Shown piece after piece: positions 1 through 8,510 of a stretch of 64,000 nt of DNA. The notes below the pieces were generated by a model. The model did no database searches. It worked only from the letters and a program-made list of their open reading frames with translations, and was not told the origin of the DNA. Within the stretch, counting starts at the first letter, position 1. The number at the start of each line of letters is the position of its first letter. The translations under genes and the position numbers were made by a program. Where the stretch lies: positions 6,427 through 70,426 of the forward strand of contig JBJONV010000034.1 of NCBI GenBank assembly GCA_046051665.1. The letters run 5' to 3'. This DNA comes from Chloroflexota bacterium (lineage in GTDB: Bacteria > Chloroflexota > Chloroflexia > Chloroflexales > Roseiflexaceae).

Positions 1-36
1 AACTCGGCGCTCTGCGCCGTTGACCAAGGAGCACTT

Positions 37-1080
37 ATGCAACCAACACGCGTCCTCATCACCGGCGGTGCCGGATTCTTGGGAATCAACCTGGTCAGAT
101 ATTTGCTGAGCCGTGGTCACAGCGTGGTCACCTTCGATATCGCCTCGTTCGATTACCCGGAACGCAATCAAATCACCGAAGTCATCGGCGATATTCGCAA
201 TCCGGATGCACTGTATGCCGCAATGGATGGCTGTGATCTCGTGGTTCACACCGCAGCTGCGCTGCCGCTCTACTCCGAAAACGATATCCGCACCACAGAT
301 CTCGACGGTACACGCAATGTGCTCAGCGCAGCTCAAAAGCGCGGCATCGGCCGTGTCATCCACATCTCGTCCACTGCTGTGTACGGCATTCCGGATCATC
401 ACCCGCTCTTCGAAGACGATACACTCGTCGGCGTCGGGCCATACGGCGAAGCAAAAGTCGCCGCAGAACAAATCTGCCTCGACTTCCGCGCCAAGGGTAT
501 GATTGTCCCCATACTGCGTCCAAAGTCATTCGTTGGTCCAGAGCGCCTCGGCGTATTTGCGTTACTGTATGACTGGGCAAAAGATGGTCACGGATTCCCC
601 ATGATTGGGAGCGGCAACAATCGCTATCAATTCTTGGATGTCGAAGATCTCTGCCAGGCAATCTACCTCTGTGCCACCGGTGAAGATGCTGTCGTCAACG
701 ACACATTCAACATCGGTGCCAAAGAGTTCACCACCATGCGCGAGGATTATCAAGCGGTGTTGGATGTCGCGGGATTCGGCAAGAAGATACGTCCATTACC
801 AGCAGCCCCGGTTATTTGGACATTGCGCTTCCTCGAATTGCTCAAACTGTCACCCCTCTATAAGTGGGTCTACGAAACCGCAGTCACCGATTCGTTCGTC
901 TCGATCGACAAAGCCCAATCCAAACTCGGTTATGCCCCTCAGTTTTCAAACAAACAAGCCTTGATCCGTAACTACCACTGGTATGTCGCCAATCTGGCGA
1001 ACTTCGCCAATGCAAGCGGCGTTTCACACCGTGTGCCCTGGAAGCAAGGTATTCTCGGCATCGCCAAGATATTCTTCTAA
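37..1080 (+). CDS. NAD-dependent epimerase/dehydratase (extended SDR)
   Basis: 347-aa ORF. Rossmann motif ITGGAGFLG at the N-terminus and catalytic YxxxK (YGEAK). AAGGAG RBS at 26-31 before ATG 37. Confidence 0.85.
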   Translation: MQPTRVLITGGAGFLGINLVRYLLSRGHSVVTFDIASFDYPERNQITEVIGDIRNPDALYAAMDGCDLVVHTAAALPLYSENDIRTTDLDGTRNVLSAAQKRGIGRVIHISSTAVYGIPDHHPLFEDDTLVGVGPYGEAKVAAEQICLDFRAKGMIVPILRPKSFVGPERLGVFALLYDWAKDGHGFPMIGSGNNRYQFLDVEDLCQAIYLCATGEDAVVNDTFNIGAKEFTTMREDYQAVLDVAGFGKKIRPLPAAPVIWTLRFLELLKLSPLYKWVYETAVTDSFVSIDKAQSKLGYAPQFSNKQALIRNYHWYVANLANFANASGVSHRVPWKQGILGIAKIFF

Positions 1081-1084
1081 ACCA

Positions 1085-1564
1085 ATGCGCAGATCCATCC
1101 CGCTCTGGAAAATAGTCGCAGTTATCGTGGGTGGGCTCTCCCTCACGTTGGCTGCGGCTTTTCTTGCTATACGTGTCGTGCAAGCACCCATTGCTGCTGG
1201 CACCATAGACCCGTTGCGCCTCAACAAAACCGAATTTCGCGATCGAGGCCTCTTCAAAACCGGAGAAAACGCTTATCTCCTGCGACTGATAGCCAAAGAA
1301 TGGGTCTTCGACGCTGGCCAGCAGCGGAATGAACCATTCCAATTCACCATACCTGCCGGGTCGACACTGACCGTCGTTGCAACCAGTATGGATGTCATGC
1401 ATTCCCTGCAAATTGCCACCAAACCGATTATCCCGATAGTCGCAGGCAAAATCAGTCGCGCGACGATGACATTCACCACACCAGGTACGTACGCGATAAT
1501 CTGCACCTCATACTGTGGTCCGAACCACGCACAAATGACTGGCGCGATTATCGTTGTTCCATAG
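1085..1564 (+). CDS. Membrane-anchored CuA-type cupredoxin (cytochrome c oxidase subunit II-like, stand-alone)
   Basis: One N-terminal TM helix (IVAVIVGGLSLTLAAAFLAI). Carries DVMHS plus CTSYCGPNHAQM, i.e. H...CxxxCGxxHxxM, the full CuA ligand pattern. Start moved from the ORF-track 983 to ATG 1085 to avoid overlapping the upstream gene. Confidence 0.6.
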   Translation: MRRSIPLWKIVAVIVGGLSLTLAAAFLAIRVVQAPIAAGTIDPLRLNKTEFRDRGLFKTGENAYLLRLIAKEWVFDAGQQRNEPFQFTIPAGSTLTVVATSMDVMHSLQIATKPIIPIVAGKISRATMTFTTPGTYAIICTSYCGPNHAQMTGAIIVVP

Positions 1565-1590
1565 AAAAGCGGGCAGCACGTGCTGCCCGC
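1562..1590 (-). terminator. Rho-independent terminator after lutC
   Basis: Perfect palindrome GCGGGCAGCAC/GTGCTGCCCGC at 1569-1590, followed on the minus strand by TTTTCTAT. Confidence 0.5.
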
Positions 1591-1611
1591 CCGAAACCGA
1601 AACAACACTCC

Positions 1612-2262
1612 TCAATGCCCTGGCGCGTCCACAATCAACACCTCTAAGCGCCGCGGCCCATGAACCCCTTCTACACGATTCAATTCGATATCCGACGTCG
1701 CAGACGGCCCAGACACAAATGTCAGCGGCGCATGCCGTTCTGTCACCGATGAACGCAGGCGCACAAAAGCCTCCGGTACCGTCAACACAATCGATGCAGC
1801 AGTAACCACACACAGATGATAATCGGGCAACAGCGTCAAAACCCTGCGCCCCTGACCTACACCTGCATCAAGCACAATTGTCCCCGTTTGTGCAATCCCC
1901 AATGCCGATAAACTCACCACACCGTCTGTGGCAGCGATTTCGGCATGACTCAACCCGTTGTCCCGCACAAATTCTTGTTGTGGCAAGTACACTGCCGGGA
2001 AGTCGGATGGAATCACAAAACGCGTCCCTGACTGTGCCAAACGAGCGGCAATGGCTGATGCCAATCCATCACGCGAGCAAAATCCCACCCATGCCTTATA
2101 CTCACTGACCCGCTCAGCAAACATATGCACAAGTGCCTCGGCTGTTAGCTCGGGGAGTGGTGGTGTTCCGTTATCGAACGAGTGCGTCTGATGGCCAGGT
2201 CGCTGCCCTTGCTGCGTTGCATTGCGAATATCGGCCAACACCTGATTACGCGTTGTCGTCAT
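1612..2262 (-). CDS. lutC: Lactate utilisation protein C (LUD domain)
   Basis: LUD-type C-terminus (FVSGPSATSDIELNRVEGVHGP). ATG at 2262 overlaps the lutB stop by 17 nt. The ORF-track start 2442 would lie inside lutB. Confidence 0.75.
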   Translation of the reverse strand: MTTTRNQVLADIRNATQQGQRPGHQTHSFDNGTPPLPELTAEALVHMFAERVSEYKAWVGFCSRDGLASAIAARLAQSGTRFVIPSDFPAVYLPQQEFVRDNGLSHAEIAATDGVVSLSALGIAQTGTIVLDAGVGQGRRVLTLLPDYHLCVVTAASIVLTVPEAFVRLRSSVTERHAPLTFVSGPSATSDIELNRVEGVHGPRRLEVLIVDAPGH

Positions 2263-3694
2263 GTTCGTTCCTCTCGCGCCACCATTGCCGGAATGTCTGA
2301 TCGGGAATTGCTTGCAAATCACGCATCGCGGTCCACGCACCGAGTGGACCCGGCCCGTTCTCGATGTACCCGTCGTGCACAAACAACGACTGCGCCAATT
2401 TGCCCATCGATTGTGCTGCCTCGTACGCCGTACGATTGCCAAACACCTGCGCTAACCCTGCCATACCGATGGACTCTGGATCCAACCACCGTGCAACATG
2501 TGTATGTTTTTCACGGACAACACGTCCACGCAGATGAACCAGTACCTCAGGAATATTGATTTTCACTGGACACACGTCATAACACGCACCGCACAACGAC
2601 GATGCATAGGGCAATGATGAAGCGTGCTCGGTGCCGACCAATTGCGGCGTCAGGATTGCCCCGATCGGCCCTGGGTATACGGAACCATATGCATGGCCAC
2701 CAGTCCGTTCGTACACCGGGCAAATGTTGATGCACGCGCTACAGCGGATGCAATGCAACGTCTGGCGACCGACACTATCACCGAGCACTTGCGTGCGACC
2801 ATTATCCAACAACACAATATGGAATTCTTGCGGACCATCGCCGGGGTGGACACCAGTCCAAATAGAGGTATACGGGTTCATCCGCTCGCCCGTCGACGAT
2901 CTGGGCAGGAGCTGCATAAACACACCCAAATCTTCCCAACGAGGCAGAATCTTCTCGATTCCCATCACCGTTATGAGCACATCGGGGAGCGTCAGGCACA
3001 TCCGTCCATTGCCTTCGGATTCGACAACACAGACACTGCCTGTTTCGGCGATGGCAAAGTTCGCCCCGCTCGTCGCAACCTTCACCGTCATAAACTTCTC
3101 ACGAAGAAAAGTCCGTGCTGCTGCAGCCAACTCTTTTGGCTCGTCAGTCAGATCAGGCAGGTTCATTGCCTTTTGGAAGAGCTCTCGTATCTCAGAACGA
3201 TTCTTGTGTATCGCAGGCACCAGAATATGTGATGATTTTTCGTGTGCCAGCTGAATAATCAGCTCTGCCAAGTCTGTTTCTATAGCGGTGATACCGGCTT
3301 CTTCGAGTGCCTCGTTGAGACGTATTTCATCAGTCGTCAATGACTTTACTTTGATGATATGTTTTGATTGTGTCGCTTGGATCAGCTCAGTGACAATTGC
3401 GTTTGCTTGTGCTGCAGTACTCGCCCAATGCACCTTCCCACCTGCCGCAATGATATTGCGCTCAAGTTCTTGGATATAGACATCCAAATGTGCCATGGTA
3501 TCGGCTTTGATGCGCTCACCTGCATCACGCAACGACTCCCAATCAGCTAACTCTCCGACCACTGCTGCACGCTTGCCACGAATGGTCTGCGTCGCTTTAC
3601 CCATGTTTCGTCGGAGCTGGGTGTTTTGCAGGGCTTGCTTCGCCCCTACCGAAAATTCTGGTGACAGTTCAATGATGACCGAATCTGGCTTCAT
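2246..3694 (-). CDS. lutB: Lactate utilisation protein B, 4Fe-4S iron-sulfur protein
   Basis: Ferredoxin motifs CIRCSACINICP and CGACYDVCP plus a LUD domain. ATG 3694 overlaps the lutA stop as ATGA. Confidence 0.85.
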   Translation of the reverse strand: MKPDSVIIELSPEFSVGAKQALQNTQLRRNMGKATQTIRGKRAAVVGELADWESLRDAGERIKADTMAHLDVYIQELERNIIAAGGKVHWASTAAQANAIVTELIQATQSKHIIKVKSLTTDEIRLNEALEEAGITAIETDLAELIIQLAHEKSSHILVPAIHKNRSEIRELFQKAMNLPDLTDEPKELAAAARTFLREKFMTVKVATSGANFAIAETGSVCVVESEGNGRMCLTLPDVLITVMGIEKILPRWEDLGVFMQLLPRSSTGERMNPYTSIWTGVHPGDGPQEFHIVLLDNGRTQVLGDSVGRQTLHCIRCSACINICPVYERTGGHAYGSVYPGPIGAILTPQLVGTEHASSLPYASSLCGACYDVCPVKINIPEVLVHLRGRVVREKHTHVARWLDPESIGMAGLAQVFGNRTAYEAAQSMGKLAQSLFVHDGYIENGPGPLGAWTAMRDLQAIPDQTFRQWWRERNEHDDNA

Positions 3695-4425
3695 GCGAAT
3701 TCTCCTGCAGACAGAACTTCGGCAAGATGGGCTATCTTTACGCCTGTTCGCTGTCGATGTAATGCGCCACCGATATGCATCAAACACGAGTTATCCGCTG
3801 CCACACACACCTCGGCTTTTGTACTCGTGATGTGCCGCATTTTGTCACTTAACATCGCCATCGATGTATCGGCGTTTTTAACCGCAAACGTTCCACCGAA
3901 TCCACAACACTCCACAGCAGATGGTAATGGGACATAATCAATGCCACGCACCGCCCGGAGCAATCGCTCCGGTGCATCACCCACGCGTATCCCCCGTAAC
4001 GAATGGCACGTCGGGTGATACGTCACTCGATGCGGATAATATGCTCCGACATCCTCAACACCCAGCTTATGCACCAACAACTCAGATAACTCATACACGC
4101 GTGGCGTTAACTCTTCGATCTGCGCGGCCAACACAGAATCCTGCGCTACCTCTGCCGCGTATCGATACATCTCTCGTACCATGCCGACACATGATGCAGA
4201 CGGGGACACAATACACTCGTATTCCGAAAAAACACGAAGAAAGCGTCGAATCAACGGCATCGCCTCGGACTGGTATCCCGTGTTGAAGTGCATCTGTCCA
4301 CAACAAGTCTGCTCTTCTGGAAATGCCACCTGATGACCGAGCCGATCAAGAATTGATACCACAGCTTTTCCCGTATTCGGGAAGAGCGTGTCGTTGAAAC
4401 ACGTGATAAACAACGCTATCTTCAT
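3691..4425 (-). CDS. lutA: Lactate utilisation protein A (CCG-domain Fe-S oxidoreductase)
   Basis: Begins MKIALFITCFNDTLFP. Two CCG motifs (EQTCCGQ, VECCGFGG). First gene of the lutABC order. Confidence 0.85.
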   Translation of the reverse strand: MKIALFITCFNDTLFPNTGKAVVSILDRLGHQVAFPEEQTCCGQMHFNTGYQSEAMPLIRRFLRVFSEYECIVSPSASCVGMVREMYRYAAEVAQDSVLAAQIEELTPRVYELSELLVHKLGVEDVGAYYPHRVTYHPTCHSLRGIRVGDAPERLLRAVRGIDYVPLPSAVECCGFGGTFAVKNADTSMAMLSDKMRHITSTKAEVCVAADNSCLMHIGGALHRQRTGVKIAHLAEVLSAGEFA

Positions 4426-4539
4426 CTGCCCCTCTTTTCCATTCGCGTTCTCGTATTCTACACGATGCACATCTCTCCCTCTTGACCCAGTACACAGAGC
4501 AACATGTATCCCATGACGCCTATCACTCCAAGCGCACAC

Positions 4540-4555
4540 TGTTTCACGTGAAACA
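4540..4555. promoter_or_regulatory. parS: parS centromere-like site 1
   Basis: TGTTTCACGTGAAACA is an exact match to the palindromic consensus tGTTnCACGTGAAACa. Confidence 0.85.
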
Positions 4556-4651
4556 TTTTTATCTGGATTTCAGACCATATCGAGCATTGTCACGCATGTG
4601 TTTCAATCGACGACATGGTATAGAATCACGCTCAGTGCGTACCACGCCAAT

Positions 4652-4667
4652 TGTTTCACGTCAAACA
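4652..4667. promoter_or_regulatory. parS: parS-like site 2 (one mismatch)
   Basis: TGTTTCACGTCAAACA differs from site 1 by a single G-to-C change. Confidence 0.65.
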
Positions 4668-4763
4668 ATTCTCGTCTCCGAATCACACTCATGTCGGAAC
4701 CATCACAAGGTTTGTCAAACCGACATATTGATCGTCGACAGAAGCTATCAGCATCCCGACAAA

Positions 4764-4779
4764 TGTTTCACGTGAAACA
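4764..4779. promoter_or_regulatory. parS: parS centromere-like site 3
   Basis: TGTTTCACGTGAAACA is an exact match. It shares the extended flank ...AAACATTTTTA with site 1. Confidence 0.85.
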
Positions 4780-4908
4780 TTTTTACAGCAACAATCACTA
4801 CGAAATATAGTACAATTTGCAGTACGACAATTTCATCCCCCCGTACCTTTTTGCCATGCAAAAACGGTATAGTATGCAAGCACAATCAGCTGGCAGCAGG
4901 AGTATTCT

Positions 4909-5718
4909 GTGACTGTACTACAACAACCAGACAAATCACCACGTGCTGGCATTATTATTGCTTGCATGAACCAGAAAGGTGGGGTCGGCAAAACAACCTC
5001 AGCAGTCAATCTGTGTGGTGAGTTTGCACGGCGCAACCTGCGTGTGTTGTTGATCGACTGTGATGCACAAGGGAATGCAGCAACAAGTCTCGGTATCAGC
5101 AAACAGAATCTCAAAAACACGACATATGAAGTCATCATGGCAACCCAACCGATAACGGCTGCGATTCAACCAACCAACCGACCAAATTTCGACATCATCG
5201 CAGCCAGTGAGCGTTTGTCCGGCGTACAGGTCGAGCTTGTGGATAGCGAACGTCGGGAGTTCCGTTTGGCCGATGCGATTGCATCGATACGGACAGAATA
5301 CGATTTGATTATGCTCGATTGCCCGCCTGCTCTGGGTTTCGTATCAGTGAACGCACTCGCAGCAGCCAACACCGTTTGTATTCCGCTCCAATGTGAATTT
5401 CTTGCACTCGAAGGTTTGGCACAACTCAAAAACATCATCGATCGTGTCCACGAAAGCTTGAACCCAAAGCTTTCAATCTTAGGGGTGGTAATGACGATGT
5501 ACGACGGCCGAACAAATCTGGCACAACAAGTCGTCGACGAAGTCCGCCGCTTCTTTCCTGTCCACATCTGCAATACACCTATTCCTCGAAGCGTACGTGC
5601 CAGTGAAGCACCGAGTTACGGGCAGATGTTGTACGAATACGATCCCGAAGGTCGTGCCACCACCGCATACCAACGGGTTGCCGAGGATCTACTCGTTCGC
5701 ATGAATCTGAAGGGGTAA
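4909..5718 (+). CDS. parA: Chromosome partitioning ATPase ParA/Soj
   Basis: Deviant Walker A KGGVGKTT. GTG start. Sits immediately upstream of parB. Confidence 0.9.
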   Translation: MTVLQQPDKSPRAGIIIACMNQKGGVGKTTSAVNLCGEFARRNLRVLLIDCDAQGNAATSLGISKQNLKNTTYEVIMATQPITAAIQPTNRPNFDIIAASERLSGVQVELVDSERREFRLADAIASIRTEYDLIMLDCPPALGFVSVNALAAANTVCIPLQCEFLALEGLAQLKNIIDRVHESLNPKLSILGVVMTMYDGRTNLAQQVVDEVRRFFPVHICNTPIPRSVRASEAPSYGQMLYEYDPEGRATTAYQRVAEDLLVRMNLKG

Positions 5719-5721
5719 CAT

Positions 5722-6669
5722 ATGAGCAAGCGACGCGGCGGTCTTGGGAGTGGGCTAGACGCACTCCTTCCCAGCGCACCAGCAGGGACTCCATCCAACA
5801 ATCTTTCCATCCGCGAAATAGCCATCGGTGATGTACGCCCAAACCGTTATCAACCACGCAAAACGTTCGATGACCAGGCAATTGCGGATTTGTGTGCGTC
5901 GATCAAAGAGCATGGTGTCGTTCAACCCCTGATCGTTACACGTTTGCCGAGCGGCGGGTACGAACTCATCGCCGGCGAGCGTCGTTTGCGTGCTGCGGGG
6001 ATGGCAGGGCTCGTCACCGTACCGGTCATCATCCGCGAGAGCACTCCGCAAGAAATGCTCGAAATAGCCATCATCGAAAACGTTCAGCGTGCCGACTTGA
6101 ACCCCATTGAAGAGGCGCTTGCCTACCAAGCACTCAAAGACGAGTTTCAACTCAGCGATGAAGAAATAGCAGTGCGAATGGGGCGCACAAGCCGCGTCCA
6201 CATTACCAACACGCGCCGCTTGCTACGCTTAACCGAAGATGCCCAATCAGCACTCCGTGCTGGTGCAATCAGCGCCGGACATGGTCGAACCCTGCTCAAA
6301 GTCAATGAGCCTGACAAACAAAACATCTTGCTCCAAGTCATGCAATCAGACACGGTAACGGTGCGTGAGGCAGAGCACCTCAGTGATTTTTCGTTTGCTT
6401 CTCTTGCACAAGCACACGACGAACTGAACCGACTGCGTGGTGTCTCAACATCTACTACACGTCCACCAGCCCCAAAACCAAAAGGGGAAATCGTCGATCC
6501 AGAACCACAGAACACCACGAGCGCAGATGACCGAGCAGTTGCCCGTGAACTCGAACAATTCGTGGGAACGCCCGTTCAGATACAGCGTAGTCCACGAGAT
6601 GTACGGCTGACGTTCGTTTTTCATAGCCCCGAGAAGCTCCAGGAATTCCTCGAAGTCTTTAGCAAATAA
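5722..6669 (+). CDS. parB: Chromosome partitioning protein ParB/Spo0J
   Basis: ParB box GERRLRAA and an HTH region. Starts 4 nt after the parA stop. Confidence 0.9.
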   Translation: MSKRRGGLGSGLDALLPSAPAGTPSNNLSIREIAIGDVRPNRYQPRKTFDDQAIADLCASIKEHGVVQPLIVTRLPSGGYELIAGERRLRAAGMAGLVTVPVIIRESTPQEMLEIAIIENVQRADLNPIEEALAYQALKDEFQLSDEEIAVRMGRTSRVHITNTRRLLRLTEDAQSALRAGAISAGHGRTLLKVNEPDKQNILLQVMQSDTVTVREAEHLSDFSFASLAQAHDELNRLRGVSTSTTRPPAPKPKGEIVDPEPQNTTSADDRAVARELEQFVGTPVQIQRSPRDVRLTFVFHSPEKLQEFLEVFSK

Positions 6670-6719
6670 GTCACACCGTTTCTCTACTTCTGGCGCTTGC
6701 GCCATAGTCGAGGTCAGAT

Positions 6720-8468
6720 ATGCTCCAAGAACTACATATCAGTAATTTCGCAATTATCGACCAGGTCACCCTGTCTTTCAAAAATGGTTTCTCGGTCTTG
6801 AGCGGCGAGACAGGCGCGGGCAAATCGATGATTATCGATGCACTGGGCATTCTCCGTGGAGACAAGTTCGATGCCAGTCACATCCGAACGGGAACAGACC
6901 GTTCTCGGATCGAAGGAGTCTTCCATGTCAAACCACATGCGGAGCTCATTGCACTACTCGAAGAACACGGCCTGCGTGAGGAAGGTGATGACACGATAAT
7001 CATCTTTCGCGAAGTGAACCGCGAAAGCAATCGTACCGTGAGCCGTATCAACGGCCGCGCGGTCAACAATACCGTTCTGCGAGAAGTCGGGAGCTGGCTG
7101 ATTGATATACACGGCCAACACGATGGTCTAACGATATTCAATGCCAAAACGCATCTCGATATGCTCGACCGATTCGGAAAACTCTTCCCTGCTCGTCAAA
7201 AAGTCGCTGATCTGCACGCGCAGTGGAAGGGACTCCGGAGCGAGTTGAGCGATCTTCGTTCAGCTGCGCTGCGCCGCACCGAACGTATCCAAGAACTACG
7301 TGCCCTCCAGGCCGATGTGAGTGCAGCGAAACTCGTTGCAGGCGAAGAAGATGCGCTTATCGCAGAACGATCCCTCTTCCAAAATGGCGCACGCATCACA
7401 GAACTAACCACCCAAATTTACCAACTCCTAAATGGTGATGAACGCAGACCGCGTGGGCTCGTAGACACAAGCGTTATTGTTGCACAACAGTGCGCAGACC
7501 TGCTGAAGTATGATGCATCCGTCGAACCCATAGTCACGCAAGCAACAGAGCTCCAATACGCGCTGTCTGATTTGGCGCATTCTGTCCGTGCGTATCGTGA
7601 TCGGATCGAATTCGACCCCCGTCGCATCGAAGCAATCGAAGACCGGATTACCGAATTACGTGCCCTCCAACGCAAGTACCGTTCCACCATCCCAGAACTC
7701 ATCGAGCGCGCCGCACAGGCTACCGCAGAACTCGATAAACTCGAACACAGCGACGAATACGTAGCCGCCCTCGAACAACAAGAGCTCCGTGTACGGACCC
7801 AACTGGGTGTCGTCGCGGCAACGTTGTCCCAACAGCGTGCGTCTGTAGCAACAAAGCTCGCCGAAGCAGTCGAAGCCTCGGCACGCGACCTTGCAATGCC
7901 GCATGTCCGTTTCTCCGTGCAGCAAACCCACACGGAAGCGTTCGATGGCGTACCAACCAATCAGCCAGATGGTACGACACTCCTCCTGGCCTGCGACCGC
8001 AACGGTGTCGACCGCATCGAATTCTTGATTGCTCCGAACCCGGGCGAAGAACCCAAATCATTAGCAAAAACCGCCTCTGGTGGTGAAGGCTCACGACTGT
8101 TCCTTGCAATCAAGTCCGTCCTTGCCCAAGTCGAAGTCATCGAGACCATGGTATTCGACGAAGTAGATACTGGGGTAGGTGGTCGTGCAGGTGCAGTCGT
8201 CGGCGAAAAGCTCTGGCAGATTAGTCGTCACCATCAAGTGCTCTGCATCTCTCATCTTCCCCAAGTGGCCACCTTCGCCGATACACATTATGCGATCAGC
8301 AAAAAAATCCACGCAGACCGTACCGCAACACACGTTCAGTCACTCGACGAACCAGCCCGCATCGATGAACTCGCTGCCATGCTCAATGGTCACCCGGTCA
8401 GCACACAAAGCCGCTCTGTGGCAGCGGATATGCTCCAACACGCTCGTGAACGGAAGGCATCTGCCTAA
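6720..8468 (+). CDS. recN: DNA repair protein RecN (SMC-like ATPase)
   Basis: Walker A GETGAGKS, a long coiled-coil middle region, signature SGGEGSR and Walker B MVFDEVD. Confidence 0.9.
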   Translation: MLQELHISNFAIIDQVTLSFKNGFSVLSGETGAGKSMIIDALGILRGDKFDASHIRTGTDRSRIEGVFHVKPHAELIALLEEHGLREEGDDTIIIFREVNRESNRTVSRINGRAVNNTVLREVGSWLIDIHGQHDGLTIFNAKTHLDMLDRFGKLFPARQKVADLHAQWKGLRSELSDLRSAALRRTERIQELRALQADVSAAKLVAGEEDALIAERSLFQNGARITELTTQIYQLLNGDERRPRGLVDTSVIVAQQCADLLKYDASVEPIVTQATELQYALSDLAHSVRAYRDRIEFDPRRIEAIEDRITELRALQRKYRSTIPELIERAAQATAELDKLEHSDEYVAALEQQELRVRTQLGVVAATLSQQRASVATKLAEAVEASARDLAMPHVRFSVQQTHTEAFDGVPTNQPDGTTLLLACDRNGVDRIEFLIAPNPGEEPKSLAKTASGGEGSRLFLAIKSVLAQVEVIETMVFDEVDTGVGGRAGAVVGEKLWQISRHHQVLCISHLPQVATFADTHYAISKKIHADRTATHVQSLDEPARIDELAAMLNGHPVSTQSRSVAADMLQHARERKASA

Positions 8469-8510
8469 CGTTCACGACACACGCGACAGAGAACACGCAA
8501 AGGATATGTC

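Noticed and set aside
983-1084. N-terminal 34-codon extension of the CuA cupredoxin ORF, overlapping the epimerase gene by about 100 nt.
   Set aside because: The extension has no signal or TM character and overlaps a well-supported gene. ATG 1085 immediately precedes the basic n-region and TM helix.
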